Source of the DNA: an uncultured Candidatus Saccharibacteria bacterium
Lineage (GTDB): Bacteria > Patescibacteriota > Minisyncoccia > Phycocordibacterales > CSBR16-119
DNA: 64,000 nucleotides
Assembly: GCA_964589975.1 (NCBI GenBank)
Contig: CAZPVH010000003.1
Span: forward strand, 5,608-69,607
Direction: 5' to 3'
The translations under genes were made by a program, and so were the position numbers. Position 1 is the stretch's first letter, and each line of letters opens with the position of its first letter. The notes below the pieces were generated by a model. The model did no database searches. It worked only from the letters and a program-made list of their open reading frames with translations, and was not told the origin of the DNA. This document shows positions 36,080 to 45,019 of the stretch, one piece after another.

Positions 36080-37964
36080 TATCTGAATTATAGTTACTAT
36101 CGAGATTTAGTCTAGTATTGATTGGACCCATACCTCGGGACAAATCCTGGCCCGTATAGGCATCTTTCCCTGTCAGAACGGTATCAAGAGTAAGTCTTGG
36201 AACAGAGCCAGACTGCGAACCTGAGGGGTTTAGCTTTACCTGAAAATACAACTGCTTTGGAGCTGAAGAAAGCCCCACATACGGCTCGAGTGTGCCAATA
36301 TCCCATATTATCTCGCGGTTACTTGGATTATAGGACACACTTTGATTTGTTGGACTTACTTCGTCTACCCAGTCAACAAAAGAAGGGAGCGAGGAGCGAG
36401 CCTTAGCGTTCGTAACTCGACTCGAGGTATTTACAACATTCCAAACTATAGTGTATGTCGTGCTAGTTCCCGGAGATGGTGGAATGGGCCCCGTATTTGT
36501 AAATGGGCCAGAATTATACAAAGCGTTACCGGTAATCTGAAGAGAAGAACCGTATTTAATTTTTTTCTTTATGAAATTCTCTATCTCAGTGAATTGATTC
36601 CCCTGCGATGGCTGGCGGCCCTTTACCGAAAGCGAAATATTTATTTCCGGATTCTGGAGCGTGGAATTAGAAAAAGCGATAGGTTTGAATCGGAACATTA
36701 ATTCATTTTCATCACCCGGGTCAATGCTTCGGAGCGCACTAAGTGTCTCACCATTCCAGGTTATCTCATTTCTAATTGGGTCATAAAATCCCCCTTCAGC
36801 CTCTATAGTGCCAGGATCAAAGGCGCTACCCGAAAAAGCCGCCGTAATTTCCACATCGGTAATCTTTGTATCGAAATTATTTTTAATACTAATTTCTCCG
36901 TCAGCCACCTGGCCCGGACGACCAACTACCTCTTGCGCCTCGCTATTGTTTACACTAAAGGCCAAGTCGAGAAATGGTTTTTCAATTGAAATGATGTAGT
37001 TTTCGGAATTAAATTGGGTGCCAATACGCTGTTCATCTTCTGGGTCTTTGGTACCGGTAAAAATGTTAAAAGCCCGCTCTTCTCCGGCATCTGCCGCCAA
37101 AACACCGTTTATAGAAACCGTTTTTTCTGCGCCCTTGGATAGATCTCCGAGGTCCCAGATATTATTTGAAAAAGTCGGCTCAGGCGTTGCAGACTTAAAA
37201 TCGAATCCCGGCGGATAATCGACAACCAGCATCATACCGACTACAGCTGTATCAGTATTAAGGCTCGTTGTGACGCTCCAGCTAAGATCCTGATTGGTGT
37301 TTGTGACTTCTGGACCATCGATCACAATATTTACAGGGGTTGAGGATATGTTAACAACATATAACTTCTCTTTGACAAAGATTGCGCTCGAACCCTTGAC
37401 CCTGTATTCCAGAGTAATATTTACATCGCGCGTAGTCCCCTGTTGGCCAAAAAGCGTCAGCGTTATGAGCTTCTCAATCTTTCCTCCTGCTGGAATACTA
37501 CCCACAGTTATACGATCACTTCGAAGCTCTTCGGTCGAGCCTGAGCCTTCCTGATACTGGAGAATCAAATCGCTATAATCGAGCGACACATTATTTCTAT
37601 TGATGAGCTCTATCTTGAGCGGTAATTCTTCCCCTCCAGAGACAAAGGCATTACCCAGGATATTTATATCAATATTGTCAGCCGAGACAGTATTCCTGCC
37701 GCCAAAGAACATCATGAGGCCAAAACCGATCGAGAGGATGAAAAAAATTATCGTTCCCAAAAAGAATTTTCGGAACATCGTGTTTTGAAGCAAACTCTTT
37801 TTCCTGGCGCGGGGTGGCGGAGGCGCGTCTTTGGGCCATGAATCTTTTACTTCATGTTCTGTCTCCATAATGGGGCCACGAGGTTTCAAATTCAGATTTG
37901 GAGTTTTCGGACTATAGATTTTTTCTTTGAGCCGTTCAATATGGCTTTTTCTCTTTGGAGGCAT
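36063..37964 (-). CDS. large membrane-anchored extracellular protein, hypothetical (beta-rich repeat domains)
   Basis: N-terminal basic region, one TM helix, then ~550 aa of beta-rich sequence. Confidence 0.55.
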   Translation of the reverse strand: MPPKRKSHIERLKEKIYSPKTPNLNLKPRGPIMETEHEVKDSWPKDAPPPPRARKKSLLQNTMFRKFFLGTIIFFILSIGFGLMMFFGGRNTVSADNIDINILGNAFVSGGEELPLKIELINRNNVSLDYSDLILQYQEGSGSTEELRSDRITVGSIPAGGKIEKLITLTLFGQQGTTRDVNITLEYRVKGSSAIFVKEKLYVVNISSTPVNIVIDGPEVTNTNQDLSWSVTTSLNTDTAVVGMMLVVDYPPGFDFKSATPEPTFSNNIWDLGDLSKGAEKTVSINGVLAADAGEERAFNIFTGTKDPEDEQRIGTQFNSENYIISIEKPFLDLAFSVNNSEAQEVVGRPGQVADGEISIKNNFDTKITDVEITAAFSGSAFDPGTIEAEGGFYDPIRNEITWNGETLSALRSIDPGDENELMFRFKPIAFSNSTLQNPEINISLSVKGRQPSQGNQFTEIENFIKKKIKYGSSLQITGNALYNSGPFTNTGPIPPSPGTSTTYTIVWNVVNTSSRVTNAKARSSLPSFVDWVDEVSPTNQSVSYNPSNREIIWDIGTLEPYVGLSSAPKQLYFQVKLNPSGSQSGSVPRLTLDTVLTGKDAYTGQDLSRGMGPINTRLNLDSNYNSDNDAVE

Positions 37965-37984
37965 AGATACATTCTAGCACACGA

Positions 37985-38569
37985 CTACATGAGCTGTGTT
38001 GCGGCAAGTGATTTATTGAGCTCTTTGATAATAGATTTTTTCGTCGAAGTTAGCCGAGCGAGCGTCTCAGTGGTGAACGGACTCTTCGCAAGTCCGCCGA
38101 GCGCGTCGGCGTCGCCCCAATACCCGAGCCCTGAAAGAATTTTTAGAACAAGGAGAGCCTCAATACTCTCCATTTCATCCTGCTTCGGATGAGTATTCGA
38201 GGTGAATTCAAAAGCTGCTACCAACTCGTCGAAAAGGTGCTCGTGCGGTTCTTCTTCCGGCGCAAGCTTGGCGATTAGCTGGAGTCCGCGGATACGCGAA
38301 CTTGTCGAGAGGCTCTTTTTAGAATTCAAATCATGAATCGGCCTGGCGGAAACAAGCCGCCAGAAAGTCTTGCCTTTCACAAGGCTCGCATCGATGTATT
38401 TGAAATCCTGAACGAAGTAACGGAGGCGGGATTCCATTTTCCGGATTCCCATGGCTTTCGCGCGAATAACGCCAAAGTCTTTTGTAAACAGATGAAATGT
38501 CTTATCCGCCTCCCCGGTGTTTCGAGTCGACATCACAAACGCTTCAGTGTGATAAATAGTGTGAGACAT
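37985..38569 (-). CDS. recO: DNA repair protein RecO
   Basis: N-terminal OB-fold region resembles RecO (TEAFVMSTRNTGEADKTFHLFTKDFGVIRAKAMG). Confidence 0.65.
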   Translation of the reverse strand: MSHTIYHTEAFVMSTRNTGEADKTFHLFTKDFGVIRAKAMGIRKMESRLRYFVQDFKYIDASLVKGKTFWRLVSARPIHDLNSKKSLSTSSRIRGLQLIAKLAPEEEPHEHLFDELVAAFEFTSNTHPKQDEMESIEALLVLKILSGLGYWGDADALGGLAKSPFTTETLARLTSTKKSIIKELNKSLAATQLM

Positions 38570-41500
38570 TATTTCTCGATTTTTGTTTCCTCACCTCCCC
38601 ATTTAATTTCTTTGATTCCGGCGGTTTTCTTTAGCTCGTCTTCAAAGCCGCTAATTATATCCTTCTGGCTTTCTGGAATGGTTAGATTTACGAGATCGCT
38701 TGGTGACAAATTCTGATCCTTTCGCATACCTTGTACGCCTCGCAAGAACTTTCGGAAATCACCCTCACGCCTCAACTCTGGTGTAATCTCATGATTAAGC
38801 AATGTGGTTGTAGTCAAATTTCCATCGAAAATAACTTTTCTAACATTTAATTCCTCACTTACAACTACTGCCGTACCCCCGGAGAGAGAAATTACAGAAC
38901 TTATGCTTTCAAGCGGTTGACTAACTTCAATTCCTGCTTTTTTGCGCTCTTGTAAACCATTTGTGACTACTACTCTGGCGTCCCTCATCTCATCGATAAC
39001 TCTTTGATCAACTTTTTTACTTTCGGGCCATTTCGCAAGATGTACACTTTCGACATCATTCGACAATTTGAGCTTCTGCCAAATGTCCTCTGCTGCAAAA
39101 GGCGCGAATGGAGCCATAAGTTTGGCGACATCAACAAGTACCGCGTAAAGCGTGCGCTTTGCATCAGCATCTCCATCCTTGAGCCTGTCTCGAGAACGTC
39201 GTAGATACCAAGTTGATAGATCGTCGATAAAATCTCGAAGTGCTCTGACAGGTTCAAGAAGCTTGTAGTTATCGAGATTTTCCGTCATCGAGTTCGTAAG
39301 CTCTTTCAGCCGCTCCATAATCCAGATATCGAGCACATTGGAACTCTTCGGAACTTCGGAAGTCTCCAGGCTCTTGTCGCGGTAAAGCTCATAAAAGGCC
39401 AAAACGTTATAGAAAAGATTAAAAACTTTATTTCGAAGCTCAGCCACGGTCTTCTCGTCAAAGTTCTTCGAATCTCCCGGCTGGTTCACCGAATACATCC
39501 AGAGGCGAAGCGTATCAACGCCATATTTGTCCATCATTTCCCAAGGATTGACGATGTTTCCGATAGACTTCGACATCTTCTTTCCTTTCGAGTCCAGGAT
39601 GTGCCCCAAGCAGATACAGTTTTTGTAAGCCTGGCCTTTGCCCATGAGGACGCCAACGGCGTGGAGCGTATAGAACCATCCACGAGTTTGGTCGACGGCT
39701 TCAGAAATGAAATCTGCTGGATAACCCGCACCATCAACATATTCTTTATTCTCAAACGGATAGTGGTGTTGAGCAAAAGGCATGGCGCCGGAATCGAACC
39801 AGACATCCATAACTTCTTTTACTCGACGAAATTCCTTTCCATTTTTAACGAGCACGACGTCGTCGATAAATGGACGATGAAGATCAAATTCCTTTTTCGT
39901 GCGAGTGTCTACATATACTGGAAACACTTCCCCGTTTTCGATTTCATGGAAAAGATGCTCCGCGGCATAGTCGTTGCCGAAGCCGCGCAACAGTTTGATT
40001 CCCATTTCATCTGTACCCTGATGAGCAAAACAAACAATAGTCTTGCCAGCATGTTTTTCAATTATATCCTCGAGGAAATCCTTGACCCTGACCTGCAGGT
40101 CTGCCCAGCTCTCGCCTGTGCCTCCACGCTTGAAAACAAATCTCTCATCGGGAGTCATTGCCTTATAGGCGTCGCGCTCAGCTTTGATGCTTGGGTCATG
40201 CTGAGTCTTTTCTTCCCAATTACCACTGCTGATTTCGGCAAGGCGCTCATCCGTGATCATTTCCTTACCGGACAATTTCAAATACGGCTCAGCAGTTTGT
40301 CTGGCACGGAGAATTGGCGAACAATAGACAACGTCAATATCATGGTCGGTAAGCTTCTTGGCCGTTTCTTTTGCCTGCTTTTGTCCGAGTTCAGTCAATG
40401 GATGAGCTTCGCGAGCACTCGAAGAAACCAGGCCAACATTGGCATCTGACTGTCCGTGGCGAACAAAAATTATTTTAGTTATGGATTGCTTGGTATGTTT
40501 CTTGAGTTCCTCGACGCTTCCGACAACCCACTTCTCACCATCTTCGGCTACCCAAACCGGAAGAGGCGTGCCCCAATAACGCTCACGAGAAATAGCCCAG
40601 TCTTTGATTTCGCGTAGCCATTCGCCAAAACGACCTTCTTTGATATGAGACGGTTCCCAGTTAATTTTTTCGTTTTCTTTCACCAGCTCGTCACGAAGCT
40701 CGGACATACGGATGTACCAAGAATCTCGCGCATAATATATGAGCGGAGTTTTACATCGCCAGCAGTGCGGATATGTGTGTTCGTAGTTTTTCTTTCCAAA
40801 AAATAGTCCACGTGCGGTAAGGTCGTTTATAACATCGACGGCAAGTGTTGGTTTGCCGTTTTCGTCTTTCTCCATTGCAAATCGTCCAGAGAAAAAGGAA
40901 GTTTCAGGAAGAAACTTTCCATCAACGCCGACAACGTGTTCTTTCGGAAGACCAACTTTCGTCCCAAGCTCGAAGTCATCCTGTCCGTACATGGGCGCAA
41001 TGTGCACAATTCCTGTTCCGTCTTCGGTGGTGACGAAGTCGGCTGAGTAAACTTTATGAGATTTATCGTTTGGTTTGATGAAGTCGTAAAGGGGCTCATA
41101 TGAAAGACCGACAAGATCTGAACCTTTCACTTCCCCAATAACTTCATAACCATCTTTTAGAGCCTCAATTCGACTCTTGGCAATGATTAGAATCTCTTCT
41201 CCAACCTTGGCCTTTACATAATCAATCTTTCCGCCAACTGCCAACGCGACATTTCCAGGCAGCGTCCAAGGTGTAGTAGTCCAAGCAAGAACATAAGTGT
41301 TCTCTTCCCCTAGAACTTTAAACTTCACGAATATCGAAAGATCTTTTACATCTTCATACCCCTGCGCAAGCTCATGCGACGCAAGTGGTGTTCCGCAACG
41401 TGAGCACCATGGCACGATTCTATAATCTTTATAAAGTAGTCCACGTTCATTTACTTTTGCCAAAACATTCCAAAGAGACTCGATGTATGAATTGTCGAAT

Positions 41501-41952
41501 GTGAAATATGCATTCTTCTTGTCTACCCAGTAGCCGATACGGTCAGTAAAGTCTTCCCAGTCCTTGATGTATTGAAAAACGGATTCCTTGCACTCCTTAT
41601 TAAACTTCTCAATTCCGTATTCTTCGATAGCTTTTTTCGAGTTAAGTCCTAGTTTCTTTTCAATCTGAAGTTCCACCGGGAGTCCGTGAGTATCCCAACC
41701 GCCCTGACGACGCACATGAAAGCCTTGCATAGTTTTATAGCGTGGGATCACGTCCTTGAAAGCCCGAGCTTCCAAGTGATGTAGTGCTGGTTTCGCGTTC
41801 GCTGTCGGAGGTCCTTCGAAAAAGACGAATTCACCAGAAGGGCTTTCCTTTTGGAGGGTTTTATCAAAAATCTTATTGTCCTGCCAAAATTTTAGGACTT
41901 CTTCTTCCTTCCGAGCCGTGTCGGATTTTAGTTCCGGTTCCTTTTCCATCAT
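38569..41952 (-). CDS. ileS: isoleucine--tRNA ligase carrying an inserted histidine-phosphatase (PGM-like) domain
   Basis: IleRS hallmarks (GWDTHGLPVE, WTTTPWTLPGN, ISRERYWGTP, VWFDSG, KMSKS) plus ~200-aa insert with RHG and HQG motifs. Confidence 0.9.
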   Translation of the reverse strand: MMEKEPELKSDTARKEEEVLKFWQDNKIFDKTLQKESPSGEFVFFEGPPTANAKPALHHLEARAFKDVIPRYKTMQGFHVRRQGGWDTHGLPVELQIEKKLGLNSKKAIEEYGIEKFNKECKESVFQYIKDWEDFTDRIGYWVDKKNAYFTFDNSYIESLWNVLAKVNERGLLYKDYRIVPWCSRCGTPLASHELAQGYEDVKDLSIFVKFKVLGEENTYVLAWTTTPWTLPGNVALAVGGKIDYVKAKVGEEILIIAKSRIEALKDGYEVIGEVKGSDLVGLSYEPLYDFIKPNDKSHKVYSADFVTTEDGTGIVHIAPMYGQDDFELGTKVGLPKEHVVGVDGKFLPETSFFSGRFAMEKDENGKPTLAVDVINDLTARGLFFGKKNYEHTYPHCWRCKTPLIYYARDSWYIRMSELRDELVKENEKINWEPSHIKEGRFGEWLREIKDWAISRERYWGTPLPVWVAEDGEKWVVGSVEELKKHTKQSITKIIFVRHGQSDANVGLVSSSAREAHPLTELGQKQAKETAKKLTDHDIDVVYCSPILRARQTAEPYLKLSGKEMITDERLAEISSGNWEEKTQHDPSIKAERDAYKAMTPDERFVFKRGGTGESWADLQVRVKDFLEDIIEKHAGKTIVCFAHQGTDEMGIKLLRGFGNDYAAEHLFHEIENGEVFPVYVDTRTKKEFDLHRPFIDDVVLVKNGKEFRRVKEVMDVWFDSGAMPFAQHHYPFENKEYVDGAGYPADFISEAVDQTRGWFYTLHAVGVLMGKGQAYKNCICLGHILDSKGKKMSKSIGNIVNPWEMMDKYGVDTLRLWMYSVNQPGDSKNFDEKTVAELRNKVFNLFYNVLAFYELYRDKSLETSEVPKSSNVLDIWIMERLKELTNSMTENLDNYKLLEPVRALRDFIDDLSTWYLRRSRDRLKDGDADAKRTLYAVLVDVAKLMAPFAPFAAEDIWQKLKLSNDVESVHLAKWPESKKVDQRVIDEMRDARVVVTNGLQERKKAGIEVSQPLESISSVISLSGGTAVVVSEELNVRKVIFDGNLTTTTLLNHEITPELRREGDFRKFLRGVQGMRKDQNLSPSDLVNLTIPESQKDIISGFEDELKKTAGIKEIKWGGEETKIEK

Positions 41953-42066
41953 TTGAATTTAACATAAAAGCAAACTTTTCAGAAGCCAAAAGATTCTGGT
42001 TTAACAGTATTTCTAGTATATTGACTTTTATACAATAGTATGATATAAAACACCAAAACCTACACT

Positions 42067-42411
42067 ATGCCCATTGAAGGAAACCTCACACGCGTAAAGA
42101 CCGAAAATGACAATTATCTGGTCTTTCTGACAAACGAAAGCGGAGAGCCATTCGGAAAAGCCTGCTACGCAACTCCGGAAGGCGTGCTCATAGAGCGAAC
42201 CAAGCGCGGCGCCCTGTCCGAAACCAACCGAGCAAAGAAGACCTGGGGCGAGGCCTACCAGGAAGAGCGCGTGCCCGAAGATGAGCATCAGCGCTTCGCT
42301 ACCCTCTTCTCCGAAGAGCCCCAGTTGCATTCATTTGGCCCAAACGTGAAGGAAGGCCCATTCGCCAAACTTGGCGCCATGCTCCAAGACGAGCAAGACA
42401 GCATCCACTGA
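42067..42411 (+). CDS. hypothetical protein (GC-rich gene)
   Basis: Preceded by TTGACT-17-TATAAA promoter-like sequence and followed by hairpin plus T-tract terminator at 42419-42451. Confidence 0.55.
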   Translation: MPIEGNLTRVKTENDNYLVFLTNESGEPFGKACYATPEGVLIERTKRGALSETNRAKKTWGEAYQEERVPEDEHQRFATLFSEEPQLHSFGPNVKEGPFAKLGAMLQDEQDSIH

Positions 42412-42418
42412 CAAACGA

Positions 42419-42451
42419 CAGCCCCGCAATTCGCGGGGCTGGCTTGTTTTT
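42419..42451 (+). terminator. intrinsic terminator after hypothetical gene 42067-42411
   Basis: cagccccgcaattcgcggggctg hairpin followed by gcttgttttt. Confidence 0.65.
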
Positions 42452-42471
42452 AGATGAGAGGCAGGTTATAA

Positions 42472-42744
42472 ATGAAAAAACGACAGCACATGGTTTCCAG
42501 GAACAAAGCATGGCAATGCGTCTTGCGCTTCCTGAGGCAGCGCCGACGCCGGGAGTGCTTACGGAAAGCAGTAAGAAGCATCTTCTACAACAGGCCGAGC
42601 CGGGGCTTCGACTTCGTCAGGTATTTCATGCATGAGGGAAACTTCACAACCCTCAAACACGCCTTCGACAATTTCTATGGGAGAGCTATGCGAACTTCCG
42701 CTTTCCGCAAGCTCTTCAATAAGAATATCCGCAACATAGCGTAA
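42472..42744 (+). CDS. hypothetical basic small protein
   Basis: ORF followed immediately by hairpin plus T-tract at 42744-42776; could be spurious. Confidence 0.35.
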   Translation: MKKRQHMVSRNKAWQCVLRFLRQRRRRECLRKAVRSIFYNRPSRGFDFVRYFMHEGNFTTLKHAFDNFYGRAMRTSAFRKLFNKNIRNIA

Positions 42745-42751
42745 AGCCGGG

Positions 42752-43303
42752 TCATGGACCCGGCTTTCTGCTTTTCCAAAATTGTTGCACGTATCGCTTC
42801 GGTCGCCCCACTTCGAACCGGAGGAATTCCTTGAAGTAACAGAAGCGAGAAAACCTGCCCGGTCTAATACCCTCGGCAGGATAACATGAAAGCTCGTGAA
42901 GCTTCAGTCCATCGACAGAATAGAGACTATGGCGAGTGTACCTCTTCCAGATCTCCTCATTGTCTTCAGGATCAAGATCTTCGATCAAAATCGAAGGATC
43001 TCTCATCCCGAGCACGTAACCACTGAACTCTGCCAGACTGATAAGAGCCAAGAGATACTGTTCTCTTGCCGCCATCATCTTTTTGAATTCCGGACGTTTG
43101 CGAAAAAGTCCTGTTTGACTGCTGAAAGGATCGTCCGCTCTTTCACGCTGCATGTCAGTCGTGAATTCGATACTTCGGTCAAATGTGTAGACCTCCTTCG
43201 CTTTCACCAAGTTTTCGTAGAGGCCAGCGCGAACCCTGTCCAAGAAAGACAGGTATCTGTACCATATGATCATGCAAAGAATCAAGGGGCCAAAGTAAAT
43301 CAT
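42752..43303 (-). CDS. hypothetical protein with N-terminal hydrophobic segment
   Basis: 183-aa ORF with no recognised family; its 3' end overlaps the 42744-42776 hairpin. Confidence 0.5.
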   Translation of the reverse strand: MIYFGPLILCMIIWYRYLSFLDRVRAGLYENLVKAKEVYTFDRSIEFTTDMQRERADDPFSSQTGLFRKRPEFKKMMAAREQYLLALISLAEFSGYVLGMRDPSILIEDLDPEDNEEIWKRYTRHSLYSVDGLKLHELSCYPAEGIRPGRFSRFCYFKEFLRFEVGRPKRYVQQFWKSRKPGP

Positions 43304-43348
43304 CTCTTTGGTTTTTTACCATCTTAAGTTTTTTATCATCAATGTCAA

Positions 43349-45016
43349 TTACATCCTCTCTGGAGCTTTCATCCCTAGGAGATTAAGGCCGTTTTGGATA
43401 GTTTGGCCGACAGATTTGGCAATAGATAGGTTATAACCAGCGTTTGGATTTTCTGAGTCAATAATTTTCGTATTGGCGTACCAACTGTTAAAAGCACGGC
43501 AGAGGTCGAGGAGATACACCGCCACATGATGCGGCGCAAAGTCCGATATCGAAGTCTCGACAATTTCTGGGAAACGGTAAATAAGTTTTTCGACTTCAGT
43601 AACTTCCCTATCAGCTTTCGGAGTACCAACTTTGATTCCTATCTCCCCTGCTTTTACAAGAATAGAATTTATTCGTGCATTGGTGTACTGGAGATATGGT
43701 CCAGAGTCACCTTCAAATGACAGTGACGTTTCTGGATCGAAATTTATATTCTGTCCGGGCTTTGATTTAAGAATTGAAAACTTTATAGCGCCAATAGCAA
43801 TCATGTCTAAAGTTTCCGGAGAAAGTTCTCTATCACCTGATTTTTCTTTTACTTCTTCTAGAATTGTACTCAGTATTTCTGTCGCAAGAGGGACTCCGCC
43901 AAGTCTGGAAGACATCTTCTGACCCTTGAAACTCATACGTCCGTGTGGAACATGGTGACTATTCTCTGCCCACAACGCATTAATTTTCTTCGCCGAGTCG
44001 AGAACAATATCGAAATGCGGAACCTGCTGATAGTCAGTTACGAAAACTGAAACATCAGGACTATATTTATCAAATTTAATTTTTAGAAGGCCCAGATCTT
44101 TCGCTTCATATGTTGGGTTACCTTGGCTGTTCACGAATACAGCAGTATTTAGATGCTTATCTGCTTCATTTGGTATGTAAACAATAGCCCCTTCGCTTTC
44201 GGTAAAAATAGCTGGAGTGTTTTGTCTAACCAATTCTCCGCCAACGACACCGGCCTCACTCTCAAATATATAGTCGTTGAAATGTGATCCGAGTCTTTTT
44301 GTCACTTCTTCGAAATATCTAATATTGAAATCTTTACACGCTTCAAAAAGAGAAAATTCTGGCGAAGATTTACTTGAGTACAAATTATCCGCAATCTCTT
44401 TAACCTTGACTTGAATACTCTCGTCTACTTCGTAGCGCTTCGTACCTTCTACATATGCGTCGCCAAGCATTTCAATAGTAAAATCGGATGCATTTTTTTC
44501 AAGAAGTATGAAAATTGCCTTAGCGATACCAAGTGAAATATCGGACGGGAATGTAAGGGACGTAACATCCGCACCACTTGCCTTCATGAGTCGGTATAGC
44601 GATTCACCAATGGCATTGTTCATCATGTGACCAATGTGAAATGGCTTGAAAAGGTTAGGACTCGAATGTTCAACCAGAATTTTCTTTCCCTTATGAATTT
44701 CAATATTCCCAAAATCTGAACCTATATTAGAAACAGCATCCGCAAAAAACTTCGGCGTGAGATAAAAATTTATGAATCCCGGACCAGCGACTTCTACGTT
44801 CTCTACTGTTTCGTCAGTGGTGATACTCTCAGCAATCTTTTGAGCAACCTCTTTCGGACTCATGCCGAGTTTTTTCCCAAGTATCATGGCGACGTTCACC
44901 GCGTATTCCCCGTGGGCAAAATCTACTGGATGCTCAATAGCAAAGTTGGGCGCTTCCCATCCAAGAGACTCGAGTGCTTTCAATACCAAATTCCTGATGT
45001 GATTTCTAGCTTCCAT
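43349..45016 (-). CDS. argS: arginine--tRNA ligase
   Basis: HSSPNLFKPFHIGHMMN HIGH region; class I ArgRS architecture. Confidence 0.9.
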   Translation of the reverse strand: MEARNHIRNLVLKALESLGWEAPNFAIEHPVDFAHGEYAVNVAMILGKKLGMSPKEVAQKIAESITTDETVENVEVAGPGFINFYLTPKFFADAVSNIGSDFGNIEIHKGKKILVEHSSPNLFKPFHIGHMMNNAIGESLYRLMKASGADVTSLTFPSDISLGIAKAIFILLEKNASDFTIEMLGDAYVEGTKRYEVDESIQVKVKEIADNLYSSKSSPEFSLFEACKDFNIRYFEEVTKRLGSHFNDYIFESEAGVVGGELVRQNTPAIFTESEGAIVYIPNEADKHLNTAVFVNSQGNPTYEAKDLGLLKIKFDKYSPDVSVFVTDYQQVPHFDIVLDSAKKINALWAENSHHVPHGRMSFKGQKMSSRLGGVPLATEILSTILEEVKEKSGDRELSPETLDMIAIGAIKFSILKSKPGQNINFDPETSLSFEGDSGPYLQYTNARINSILVKAGEIGIKVGTPKADREVTEVEKLIYRFPEIVETSISDFAPHHVAVYLLDLCRAFNSWYANTKIIDSENPNAGYNLSIAKSVGQTIQNGLNLLGMKAPERM

Positions 45017-45019
45017 ATA

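Noticed and set aside
39601-40449. 282-aa plus-strand ORF inside ileS
   Set aside because: Antisense to a well-supported ileS coding region; the composition follows the opposite strand. Treated as a shadow ORF.
42744-42776. Assigning the 42744-42776 hairpin exclusively as terminator of the 90-aa plus-strand ORF
   Set aside because: The same hairpin encodes the last seven codons of the convergent minus-strand gene (…KSRKPGP-stop). Which of the two overlapping ORFs is real cannot be settled from sequence alone; both are listed with reduced confidence.
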